Positions 22,338-34,478 of a stretch of DNA of 46,493 bases are shown in pieces; the stretch's first letter is position 1, and the number at the start of each line of letters is the position of its first letter. The notes beneath the pieces are model-generated. The model saw only the letters and a list, made by a program, of their open reading frames with translations. It ran no database searches and was not told where the DNA came from. The DNA comes from Octopus bimaculoides. Taxonomy: Eukaryota. The position numbers were made by a program, and so were the translations under genes. The DNA is taken from positions 176,895,455 through 176,941,947 of the forward strand of contig NC_068981.1 of assembly GCF_001194135.2 (NCBI RefSeq). The letters are read 5' to 3'.

Positions 22338-22606
22338 GTTTAAATACTTTTTTTTTTTTTTTCTGTGGTTTTTAAATCTTTTAGCTACATGTCTGGTAAC
22401 CAGAGATTAATGTATAATCAAGTGAGAAAGAGAAAGAGGCAACATTTTTTTTTTTATAATCAAACAGACAAATTACCTTTAGGACATAAGGATATGGAAC
22501 TAGTATATTTTTTTTTTTTATCCCTCCTACCCTCTGAAATGGGGAAGCTAATAAATTAGTTAATTTTAGTGAAAAATCACCAGTAGCTTTTAGAACAGTA
22601 CATATG

Positions 22607-23000
22607 TAGGTGCAGGAGTGGCTGTGTGGTAAGTAGCTTGCTTACCAACCACATGGTTTCGGGTTCGTTCCCACTGCGTGGAACCTTGGGTAAGTGACTT
22701 CTACTATAGCCTTGGGCCGACCAAAGCCTTGTGAGTGGATTTAGTAGACGGAAACTGAAAAAAGCCCATCGTATATATATCTATATATGTGTGTGTGTGT
22801 GTGTGTGTTTGTCCCTCCAACATCGCTTGACAACCGATGCTGGTGTGTTTACGTCCCCGTAACTTAGCATTTCGGCAAAAGAGACCAATAGAATAAGTAC
22901 TGGGCTTCTAAAGAATAAATCCTGGGGTCGATTTGCTCAACAAAAGGCGGTGCTCCAGCATGGCCAAAGTCAAATGACTGAAACAAGTAAAAGAGTAAAG
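22607..23000 (+). mobile_element. Full-length young tRNA-derived SINE (main octopus-type family), 394 bp, with perfect 25-bp TSD
   Basis: Head ggtgcaggagtggctgtgtggtaag...gggttcgttccc (A/B-box-like), ccttgggtaag core, central (TA)(TG)n, tail (aagagta)n. TSD agtagcttttagaacagtacatatg at 22582-22606 and 23001-23025. Confidence 0.92.
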
Positions 23001-23369
23001 AGTAGCTTTTAGAACAGTACATATGGGTAAAGGAGTGACTGTTTTGAAAAATTCAACATTTTAATAGAAGCAACACAAAATAGTCTGTGCCTTATTGTCT
23101 ATAATAAATGGAGAAGTTTCTTAAAGATTACACTGTAACAAGGGTCCAATCCAGAACACAAGGGAGCTGGTAATGATCTGGATCAGCAATAATTTTCTCA
23201 GATGAAGAACAACATCCTAAAATGTTAGTCTTCTCACATCAACTGGGTTTGTCAAACTTTTCTACTAACTCTATGTTGTAGAAAGTAAAAGATACAGAAA
23301 TTTAATAGCAGACATTTTCAAGGATGGTGTTTTATCAGAAATCAAAAATAAAATTTTTCTGATTTGTTG

Positions 23370-23760
23370 CGGGCATGGCAGTGTGGTTAAGAAGCTTACT
23401 TTCCAACAATGATTTCAGGTTCAATCCCTTGTGCAGCACCTTTGGCGAATGTCTTTTTACTATAGTCCTGACCAAAGCCTTGTGAGTGGATTCAGTAGAT
23501 GGAAACTTAAAGAAGCCTCTGTGTGTGTGTATGTATGTGTGCACCCTTGTCTTGATATCATGTGATGGTTGTAAATAAGGCCCACAGTCATACAAACAAT
23601 GTTTATATCCATTCTTCTATGAAAACATATCTGACCATGGGGAAATATTACCTTGTTTGGAGACAAGTGAGGGTTGGTGACAGGAAGAGCATCTGGACAT
23701 AGAAAATCTTCCTCAACAAATACTGTCTGACCCATGCAAGCACAAAAAAAGTGAATGGTA
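23370..23760 (+). mobile_element. SINE with main-family head but a different 3' half ending in an RTE-type tail
   Basis: Head as in 22607. Tail ...ggtgacaggaagagcatctggacatagaaa...ctgacccatgcaagc parallels 4135-4250. Relatives at ~28360-28905 (with nested SINE 28570-28797), 31235-31625 and 15520-15720(-). Confidence 0.7.
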
Positions 23761-23988
23761 GAAAATGACTAAAGAAAAAAATAATGAATAACAAGTGTCT
23801 GCATGATTACATCATCAGTTGTTACTTACTGACCAGAAAACTCTACTTAAATGTCTTAACTAGAAAGGTCACTAAATGAAGATCTCTGTTTCTGCTCCAA
23901 AAGATAGATCATGAATAACAGCTCTCTCTCTCTCTCTCACTCTCCCTCACCTTCCTTCTTTGACTTTCTCCTTTCTTTTACTCAATAT

Positions 23989-24027
<39 letters not shown>

Positions 24028-24082
24028 ACACACATATATACTCACACTCACACACATACACACACACACACACACATATATA

Positions 24083-24460
24083 CTCTTTTTGCTCGTTTAC
24101 TTGTTTCAGTCATTTGACTGCAGCCATGCTGGAGCACCGCCTTTAGTCGAGCAAATCGACCCCAGGACTTATTCCTTGTAAGTCTAGTACTTTTTCTATC
24201 GGTCTCTTTTGCCAAACTGCTAAGTTACAGGGACGTAAACACACCAGCATCGGATGTCAAGCGATGTTGGGGGGACAAACACAGACACACAAACATACAC
24301 ACACACACACACACACGCACACATACACATACACATATATATGACAGGCTTCTTTCAGTTTCCGTCTACCAAATCCACTCACAAGGCTTTGGTTGGCCCA
24401 AGGCTATAGTAGAAGACACTTGCCCAAGGTGTCACGCAGTGGGACTGAACTCAGAACCAT
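24083..24460 (-). mobile_element. Main-family SINE, reverse orientation, head truncated
   Basis: Reverse complement of 22607-23000 modules, with central (CA)n. Confidence 0.88.
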
Positions 24461-24484
24461 ATATTTCATTATATACATATGTGA

Positions 24485-24818
24485 AGGCGCAGGGCTCAGT
24501 AGTTAGAGTGTCAAGCTTACGATCATGAGGTTGTGAGTTCGAATCCCAGACCGGGCTGCGTGTTGTGTTCTTGAGCTAGACACTTCATTTCACGTTGCTC
24601 CAGTTCATTGAACTGTAGAAATGAGTTGCAATGTCACAGGTGCCAAGCTATATCGGCCTCTGCTTTTCCCTTGGATAACACTGGTGGCATGGAGAGGGGA
24701 GGCCGGTATGCATGGGCGACTGCTGGTCTTCCATAAACAACCTTGCTCGGACTTGTGCCTGGGAGGGGAACTTTCTAGGTGCAATCCCATGGTCAGTCAT
24801 GAGCGAAAGGGGTCTCAG
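24485..24818 (+). mobile_element. GC-rich tRNA-derived SINE of a third family
   Basis: A box ggctcagtagttaga, B box gagttcgaatccc, then gtgttcttgagctagacactt...ctccagttc core. The same head occurs reversed at ~3600-3760 and ~36310-36465 with different 3' parts. Confidence 0.85.
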
Positions 24819-25114
24819 CATATATGTACACATATAAATACACATACATATGTATATATGCATATATATAAATAGATATAAATACACAACTTGCACATTT
24901 ATATCATCCTCATATTCATTGTTTAACATCCACATTCCATGCTGCCATAGGTGGGACAGTTTGACAAGAGCTGACCAGGCAGAAGCTTGCACTAGACTTC
25001 AATAATTGTTTTGACAAGATTTTTACAGCTGGATGCCCTTCCTAACACCAACCACCCAGCAGAGTGGACTAATGTATATACGTGCATATATATGTGCATT
25101 AATATATGTGCATT

Positions 25115-25171
<57 letters not shown>

Positions 25172-25445
25172 ATTTATGTGTGTGTATACATATTGGCATT
25201 TATATACATACATGTGTTGATATGTGTGTGGGTGTGTGTATGTATGTATGCATATATACAGTATTTTTAGGTATTGTTTTGAAACAAAAGAAGTTTTAAC
25301 CCTTGAATTTTTTCCTCAGAAAAAGACATATATCAAAAGCTTTAATATCAAGTTCATCAAACAAATAATCCTTAAGTTTCCATGAACTAGAGTAGCTGGA
25401 AGGGTGTCACAGAGGGTACTGTACTGCCTGACAGACTCCATTTCT

Positions 25446-26127
25446 TGATTTGTCAGTACATTTAATTGTTATAAATTTGATAGAAAAAACTCCAGGAGGA
25501 ACAAATATTTGTTTTAAAGATATTTTAAACATTTCTCAGTGAAGACATTTATTATTGAATAAGTAAAGTTTTACTGAGCCTAGCTTGATAACTCCATTCC
25601 CTGATTTGCTGTCAAAGTTGATTCTCCCAGTCTTTTTCTTTCCCAAGGCACTCTCAAAGTAGTCTGGGTTTGTGCTTGGAGTCTCTTCCATGACATGCTA
25701 ATTAACCCATAGCTGGGACCCTGAGAAATGTTACTACTCCAGGTCAGAGTAGACCTGGGACCAATAGCAGCTAGGAAGTGGTTCCACACTCCTCAAAACC
25801 CTAAAACTCCCAATCTAGATCTCACTTCCCACTGAAAGCATTTTAAAGTTGTACCCAGGACACATCGCAGTTCAATGTATTTATAAAAAAAAACAAAAAT
25901 TGCAAAATACTTAAATTGTACATAGTTTTTTGTTTTGTGTTTTTTTTGTTTTTTTTACCAGTCTGTCACTAAACAAGCCTGGCTTGATAACTGTTCAGCT
26001 TTACTTATTCAATAATAACTAATATGTCTTCACTGAGAAATGTTTAAAATATCTCTAAAACAAATATTTATTCTTCCTGAAGTTTTTTTCTATCAAATTT
26101 ATAACAATTAAATCTACTGACAAATCA
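25446..26127. repeat. Inverted duplication: ~125-bp arms 25446-25568 and 25999-26127, ~430-bp spacer
   Basis: tgatttgtcagtacatttaattgttataaatttgatagaaaaaac...aataagtaaag is the reverse complement of ctttacttattc...ctactgacaaatca, with scattered substitutions and a short indel. A direct repeat agcct(a/g)gcttgataact lies just inside each arm. Confidence 0.92.
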
Positions 26128-26152
26128 CTTATTCTGGTATGTCTGTGCTTGT

Positions 26153-26399
26153 GTGTGCATGTATAATATATATGTGTGTGTGCATGTATGCATATATATA
26201 TATATATATATGCATGTAGACATATTAATATATATATTTATACTCTCACACACACGCACACATATATGTATATACACACAGACATATCTTTCAATCTATT
26301 TATCTCTTTACCTCCATCTCTCTCATTATATACACACATATGTATATATATTTGTATGTATATATACATGTATCTACATATGTATATATATTTATGTGC

Positions 26400-26492
<93 letters not shown>

Positions 26493-26640
26493 ACACACAC
26501 ACATGTATGTTTGTGTGTATGTATGTACATGTATGCATTTGTATGTATCAAATATATACATATATAAGCTAGTTACCTTCCTTTACACACACACTTACAC
26601 ACACACACTTACACACACACACTTACACACACATGCAAGA
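26153..26640. repeat. Compound (TA)n/(CA)n microsatellite field, pure (AT)n ~26402-26488
   Basis: Direct inspection; explains the IYIY-type ORFs. Confidence 0.95.
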
Positions 26641-26803
26641 ACACATCAGTCTAAGATTGTTGACTTAATGTTGCATTTCAGGACAAAATTCACCATATAC
26701 TCAAAAAAACATAAAAATCACTTAACAATAGAATATGTTTTCTCTAAAACAATATCTTAAATATACAGCAATACGTTAAGACTCTGTGTGTGTGTGTGTG
26801 TGT

Positions 26804-26841
<38 letters not shown>

Positions 26842-27807
26842 GTGTGTGTGTGTGTGTAAAGCTTGTGAATTGCATATACATGCACGTATTTATTCATGTA
26901 TTATCATATTGTTAGCATTCAAAAATACTACAGTTTATTTCCTATTTAGTTGAAGCAATGGATATGTTATCATTGATACAAATAGCTCACATGCATGCTT
27001 TGTGAGAGCGGAAAGGATCATGCTGGCATAGAACATGCAGCTAGAAAGAAATAGCTGCCAAATAGTGACAGGGAAACAAGCAGTATTTCATTAGAAAAAA
27101 AAATAAAAATTAAAATTAAAATAAAATAAAAATACAAGGGAAATCAAGCTGGAAAAGGTGTGTGTGTGTGTGTATGTGTATGCTCAATGTGTTTGGGTTT
27201 GTGTGCTCTAATATGTCATACGTAGTTAATTCAGATTGCGTGATCTTAAAGAATCCACTTTATTTGGTTTAAATNNNNNNNNNNNNNNNNNNNNNNNNNN
27301 NNNNNNNNNNNNNNNNNNNNNNNNNNNNNNNNNNNNNNNNNNNNNNNNNNNNNNNNNNNNNNNNNNNNNNNNNNNNNNNNNNNNNNNNNNNNNNNNNNNN
27401 NNNNNNNNNNNNNNNNNNNNNNNNNNNNNNNNNNNNNNNNNNNNNNNNNNNNNNNNNNNNNNNNNNNNNNNNNNNNNNNNNNNNNNNNNNNNNNNNNNNN
27501 NNNNNNNNNNNNNNNNNNNNNNNNNNNNNNNNNNNNNNNNNNNNNNNNNNNNNNNNNNNNNNNNNNNNNNNNNNNNNNNNNNNNNNNNNNNNNNNNNNNN
27601 NNNNNNNNNNNNNNNNNNNNNNNNNNNNNNNNNNNNNNNNNNNNNNNNNNNTATATATATACGTTTATATATTATGTATATGCTTATGTATATACATATA
27701 TACATTTATATGTATTCATATATAGCAATATGTTTGCATATATATATATATATATGTATAATATCTTTCTGAAGTGAAGTTAATGTGGAGATAGATAGAT
27801 ATCGTAG

Positions 27808-27947
27808 GTGCTGACAAGTCATGTCTTAAACTGAAGCAATTCTATCAATCCTGAAATATCAATCTTGAAATATCAGTCTTGGAATAGTAATGCCATTCAT
27901 GTTTCAGCAAATATATAAGCTTTTGCAAATGTTATTCTCTTCAGTCA
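27808..27947 (+). pseudogene. Probable distal pseudo-exon: GADKSCLKLKQFYQS*NINLEISVLE**CHSCFSKYISFCKCYSLQS
   Basis: AG at 27806-27807, strong donor TCA|gtgagt at 27948. LKQFYQS*NIN resembles recalled KIAA0825 LRQIYHIMQLN (memory-based). Confidence 0.45.
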
Positions 27948-28904
27948 GTGAGTTTTCCCCTTAGAAATAGGTGTACAAATAAATGGATGAGGGAATGTAG
28001 GAACATAAATAAAAGATAGGGCCTCAGAATATAGGTTAAATATGGCTAACTCATTACTACCATAATAATCATTAAAGATAAGGTATTATAATACAGTGAT
28101 AGAACATGTTGTAGAGTAGGGGTAATACAGTGTACTATTGTATAGTAGATTGTGTTATGTTATATTGTATTCTAGAATGTGTGGCATATTATATTAAATT
28201 ATCATACATATATGTTATAAATAGTATGCATAGTATGTTACCAGACATGTTATTATGTAGTATTCTGAGTTATGAGCATTCAGTTATTTTATATAGCAAT
28301 ATTTTATACTATATGGCATCATACATATATAATATGTACATGTTATACATGTCTGATATCATACAGCAGTGGGTCCAGTTCCACTTCATGGCACCTTGAG
28401 CAAGTGTTTTCTACTATCACCTTTGATTGGTCAAAGCCTTGTGAATAGATTTAGTGAGTGGAAACTCAAAGAAGTCCATGTATGTGTGTGTTGTCTCTCT
28501 TGCCTTGATTTCATGCAAGTGGGGTTTCCAATCTTCCATGAAAATAATGTTTGGCCATGAGGAATATTCATTTCTTTATTGCCCACAGGAAGCTAAACAT
28601 GGAGGGGACAAACAAGGACAGAGAAAAGGATTAAGTCAATTACATCGACCCAGTGCATAACGGGTACTTATTTAATCAGCCCCGAAAGGATGAAAGGTAA
28701 AGTCAACCTCGGTGGAATTTAAACTCAGGACATAATGGCAGACAAAATACCTCTAAGCATTTCACCTGGCATCCTAACGATACTGTCATCTCGCCATTGC
28801 CTTACTTAGAAACAGGTGAGAGTTAGCAACAGGAAGAACATCCACCTCAACAAATTCTGTCCATCCCATGCATGCATGAAAAGGTGGGTGTTAAAACGAT
28901 GATG

Positions 28905-28963
<59 letters not shown>

Positions 28964-29492
28964 TGTGCAAGGAATTGTCATGCTTCACATGTGGCAGAGT
29001 CATTCTTTTTTTATTCATATTTTCTTAAATTATTCATGTCCCAAGATTAAATCTCACTGAAGTCAACTATGGCCTTCATATCTCTCATGTTGATACACTG
29101 AAGTATAGGGGTTGGTATATCTGACTATACACCTTTACCCAATTTTGAAGCCTTCTTCTATCTATAATAAAAATAGCTGTCACCACCCTGTCTTATTGTA
29201 TATCTAAGACCACATTTTCAAGTGAGCCCCACCATTTTTTGAAGGACAGTGAGGTGTAATTTAAAGGAAATTTAGCTCCTATTGCTAACTGGTTGAGTGA
29301 TTATGTTGAGACTCAGTCATTATCCTGGAGAACTGATTGATTTTTGAAAAGTGTTTTATAGTGTCAGACACTCAGAAACTAAATGGAATTCTTGTTTCGT
29401 TGTTGTTTACTGTGGACATATAAAAATGCTATGAATGCGATTTCCTGCATTTACTAAGTTTGTTTTTTGATTTTTTTTTTTTTTACTATTAG

Positions 29493-29643
29493 ATTAAGCA
29501 AAGAATTTGAAGTGGCAACTTTAGGACAGTTCTGGAACCATGAGTTTGGAATAAATTTCAGAAAATTATCTGGATTCTTGTAAAAGAATTCAGATCTTTT
29601 ATTCAAGCTATAACAGCGGAAACATTGGGGCTGACTAACTCAA
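29493..29643 (+). pseudogene. Probable distal (pseudo-)exon: LSKEFEVATLGQFWNHEFGINFRKLSGF / VKEFRSFIQAITAETLGLTNS
   Basis: Very strong acceptor (long T tract + actattag); two open frames joined by a shift near 29580; donor CAA|gtaatc at 29644. Assignment to the same gene is inference. Confidence 0.45.
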
Positions 29644-32094
29644 GTAATCTTTCCTAGCCTATATATCCTTCATGTAGCCATATCTGTCTAGAAGATAAAT
29701 AGTATTCTTTATCAAAACTAATAACTTTAAGATTAAAAAATTTCTAAACCTGAACAATGATTCTGTTACACAGAGTTGCCCACCATTTTTCTTTCTTACT
29801 TTCTTTTTTGTTACTTTTGTTTAGTTTTATTTTTGGTCATTTATTAAATAGGCAAATCTTTCATCCTTAAGAGTTTTTTTCCCCCCTCATCTACTTAGCA
29901 GTGAGTAAAATAAATAACTAAACAAGAATAGCAGTAATCTAAATTCCAAATCTGTATTAATGTATGTGAAAATGAGGACAAAATCTGCCATATTGGAATT
30001 CTAGAAACTTACCTACTGAGTGATTCATGATTTTTTTATGGGATAATGTTTGATAAATTACCAAAATTGTTACAGAACATTAGAGATGTTCTTTTCCTTT
30101 TTTCTTCCTTTTCAATTATTAATGTGAATAGTATAATTTTGTAGTTTAAAGCCATTACCAAAGTAATCATAAGAGTAGTGTTTTATTTTACTCTTTAATT
30201 ATAAAAAAATGTGATATATTCCTTACTTTGGTATAATGTATGTTAGATATTATAATTAACAATAATAATAATCTGAGAGAGAAAAACTATTTGTTCAAAT
30301 TTATTTTATGAATTTATATTTCATTCTTTTTGAAGGGTATTGAAAATGTAAGACATATTAACCAATAGTTTGCAATTACTAATTTTAATTGCTATGTGTT
30401 ACACTGGTAAATGTTTGAGTACATCAAACAATGTGCATTATTTAGTTAAGGCCTTTTAATTTCTAAGTTCAAAAACTACTGAGATCGGCTTTGCTTTTCA
30501 TCATTCCAGGTTGATAAAATAAAATACTTGTTTAGTACTAAGGGCTGATAAAATTGTCTATACCCTCCTCTTAAATGTATGACCTTGTGCCTAAGTTAGA
30601 AATCAATATTAAGACTCTTGTTATTGATGTTGTTAGTATTTTCATCATTGATATCAAATTTCTCATTATTAGGTTGCAATCTTTCTATCATGGTTATTTC
30701 TTGTATAAGTCTAAGTTTGTGTGACCTGCAGTTGTTGGTTGGTTTATCTAGCTATCTTTTTTATGAACAGTTCTTGTAATTGCTGCATAAGAGTGTTTAT
30801 TTATGAAAGGATATTTTTTTAGTCAACTTTATAATGGTACTGTTGTGTCTTTGTAATAGAAGAGCTTTATTGTCAATATTTTAAGATCCCTTTTTCCATG
30901 TCTGGGTAAATTTGTACAGTTCCACTACCCACAAAAACTATAAATATCATGAAGTTCATCTAAGGAGAAATACTATGGAGAATATCTCCTTTATTTCTCA
31001 CTTTACTTTGGTAGAAATTCACCTTGGCACTTTTCTCAATTTCAAATTTGGCAAGCTGGAATGAGTTTTCCAACTGAGCTGATCCACGTATTGTCCATTT
31101 ATAGCAGTTCATTCACTTTTTTTTTTATACTGTAGCCATTTCCTATTGATTTCCGCATTGTTCAGATTGAAGCCAGTGTCAAGCAGATGTGAAAATTGCT
31201 TTCAACAATCTTGTTTATTTTTAATGTAGAATAGGTTGAGGCATGGCTGTGTGTTAAGAAGATGGCTTCACATTCACATGATTCTGTTCAGTCCCACTAC
31301 ATGGCACCTTGAACAAATGTCTTCTAGTAGTAGCCCCAGGCCAACAAAAGCCTGGTGGGTGGGTTTGGTGGATGGAAACTGAAAGAAGTCTGTCGTGTAT
31401 GTATATATGTATGTGTATTTGTGTGTTTGCGTCTCCTTGTTTTGACATCACATGATAGTTGTAAATGGGTGTCACTGTCATACAAGCAGTGTTATTCATT
31501 GCCAATATTCTTTGAAAACATACCTGGCCATGAGGTAATATTACCTTGCTTGGAAAGAAGCAAGGTTTTCTGCCAGGAAAGGCATCTGGTCACAAAAAAT
31601 CTGCCTCAATAAACTCTGCCTAACACCTGCAACCAGAGGAGGAGGAAGAGGAGGAGACTGTAGAAATAGTCTTGCAGTCATCCATTGAAGCTAACTAGCT
31701 TCCCTCAACCCAGTTCAAATCAAATTCAGTACATCCAGCACCTATTGATAACAATTTGGGTGTTTCCATTGACTCTGGGATCAATTCCATTTTGTAAACT
31801 ATCAAGTTAATATTTTGGTTCTTACTTCAATTCTGGTTTACAGCCAATAAGGTTTTATCAATGAAGAAGCTGGTCCTTTCAATACACTTATGCAATTTGA
31901 TAGTTGGAAGAATGTTCTTCTCTTCATATTGGTTCGGATTTCACATTGAATTGATAAGAATGCTGTTGTTAGAAACAGCTGCAAGTGGGATGCCAGATTC
32001 AATGACTGTTGTGAATCTAGTTTTGTACCTCACAGTTTCAAGTTCAAATTCAGTCAGTTCACTTCGTATTTATTCCCTCTGGGACTATTAAAAT

Positions 32095-32420
32095 CATCCT
32101 CATCATCATCATCATCATTTAGCGTCTGCTTTCCATGCTGGCATGGGTTAGATGGTTTGACTAGAACTGGTAAGCTGGAGAGTTGCACTAGGTTCCAATC
32201 TGACTTGGCATGGTTTCTATAGTTTGATGCCCTTCCTAATGACAACCACTACAAGAGTGTAGTGGATGCTTTTTATATGCCACCAGCATTGGCCACAACT
32301 ATGATTTCACTTGGCTTGACGAGTCTTCTCAAGCACAGCATATTGCCAAAGGTCTCAGTCACTTATGGCCTCCATGAGGCCCACTGTTTGAAGGGTGCTT
32401 TTTATGTGCCACTGGCACAT
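32095..32420 (-). mobile_element. RTE-type 3' end, (CAT)n tail on + strand
   Basis: Reverse complement of the 4040-4280 module (catcatcatttagcgtctgctttccatgctggcatggg...gatgcccttcctaatgacaacc). Confidence 0.65.
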
Positions 32421-32528
32421 AAGATAGATCCCAGTAATGCATTGGGGTAGGTACAATACACTATACATCTCTCCTTTGCAAAAATTTACTCTAAGAAGAA
32501 TCACAAGAAATCGTAATTATTGTTGATC

Positions 32529-32529
<1 letters not shown>

Positions 32530-32625
<96 letters not shown>

Positions 32626-32627
32626 TA
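32530..32627. repeat. (ATT)n microsatellite; other (TAA/ATT)n tracts at ~12661-12696, 13137-13235, 21381-21430, 33630-33714, 34441-34476
   Basis: Direct inspection. Confidence 0.95.
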
Positions 32628-33440
32628 TTCCACCTGAGTTCGCTTTGGTCTTTCATCTCTTAGAGTGTAGAAAATAAGAACCAACAATACACTGAAATTA
32701 ATTCTCTTCACTTTAGCTGTTTTCTAATGATAATTTGCTTTGTACTTCATTAACAAAAAAAAAAAAGAGAAAAAAGAGAAAAAAGAAAAAATCATAATTA
32801 TTCAGTGATTTTCACACAATTTTTTCCTTTACTCTGTAAATTAATCCTCTTGAGCCAAATTAAGAAATTGTTATAAGTGTCATTATTGTTGTTTGTGTTG
32901 TTGCTGTTAATAATAATTTCTTTATTTGCCACAAGGACAAAAGACGCAATCAGTGCAGTGTATGATATAAATCACCAAACGCATATAAACGCATTGTCGG
33001 GATGTGAAATACATCTGTGTATTTAAATAATATAATATATATAATGAATGCAAACAAGTTTTACTTGCCTAAACAAATACTGAGAACCTGTGTAAAACAA
33101 AATGTGACCCATTTCGACAAACAGACAGACATTCTGCACAACCATCATTGACTCTACAGCATTTATCTTGGTTGAATGGCTTCCATGAACGAGCTGCATG
33201 ATAAATTATTCAGTGCGTCCTAACACATCTCTTAGTTGAAAGCTAACTAAGCAATCATTTCCACAGATTTCTATCCACCACTATCTTTGGCTCTGTAGGG
33301 AGATCTCTAAAAGTCTAAAACCCTGTGAAGAATGTGTCCCTTATCTTTATAGACTGTATGCTCCATTAATGCAATCTAGCTAAACAGGCAAGGCATATCA
33401 TATTTATCATGTAATGATTTTAACTGAAATGCTGTACACC

Positions 33441-33476
<36 letters not shown>

Positions 33477-33638
33477 GGAAGAGAGACAGAGAGCATGTAC
33501 ATATTGTCATGATCATTACTATTATATTTATCTTCTCTCTTTCTCACTTTTTCTCTCTCATTTATATGCAATGCTTGAACTGGTAAATATTTATATAAAT
33601 AATTTTAGAAAGGATCGAGTATAAACACTATAATAATG

Positions 33639-33714
<76 letters not shown>

Positions 33715-33715
<1 letters not shown>

Positions 33716-34430
33716 CCTTTCTACTAAAGGCACAAGGCCTGAAATTTGTTGGTAGGAGACTAGTCAATTACATCAACCCCAGTGCATAACTGGTGCTTAA
33801 TTTATCAACCCCGAAAGGAAGAAAGGCAAAGTCGACCTCAGCAGAATTTGAACTCAGAACATAGCGGCTAACGATTCTGCCAGCTCGCTGCCTTTGATGA
33901 TAATATGATAATAATAATTTCAAATTTTAGCACAAAGCCAGCAATTTTGGAGGAGAGGGTAAGTTGATTATAGTGACCCCAGTGTCCAACTTGGTACTAA
34001 TTTTTCCACCAGGGCAGCAGTTTTGGGGGAGAGGACAAGTCAATTACATCAACCCCAGTGTTTCACTGGTACTTAATTTATCAATCCTGAAAGGATGAAA
34101 GACAAAGTCAACCTTGGCAGAATTTGAACTCAGAGCACAGCGGCAAACAAAATATTGTGGAGTATTTCACCTGGCATGCTAACGATTCTACCAGCTCACC
34201 ATCTTAATAATAATCCTTTCTACTGGAGGCACAAGGCCTGAAGTTTGGTGGAAGGAGGTTAGTCAATTACATCAACCCCAGTGTTTCACTGGTACTTAGT
34301 TTATCGACCCTGAAAAGATGAAAGGCAAAGTCGACTTTGATGGTATTTGAACTCAGAACGTAGCGGCAGATGAAATACCGCTAAGCATTTCACCAAACGT
34401 GCTCATGGTTCTGCCAGCTCACCATCTTAA
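33715..34430 (-). mobile_element. Head-to-tail stack of ~4 second-family (Deu/Nin-core-like) SINE copies separated by TAA repeats
   Basis: Repeated cctttctact..aggcacaaggcctgaa...aaaggatgaaaggcaaagtcgac...tttgaactcagaac...ctgccagctc units; junctions read ttaataataat; flanked by long (TAA)n. Confidence 0.85.
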
Positions 34431-34440
34431 TAATAAAAAA

Positions 34441-34478
<38 letters not shown>

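Noticed and set aside
24485-24560. tRNA-like sequence with A and B boxes
   Set aside because: No complete cloverleaf; it is the head of a dispersed SINE.
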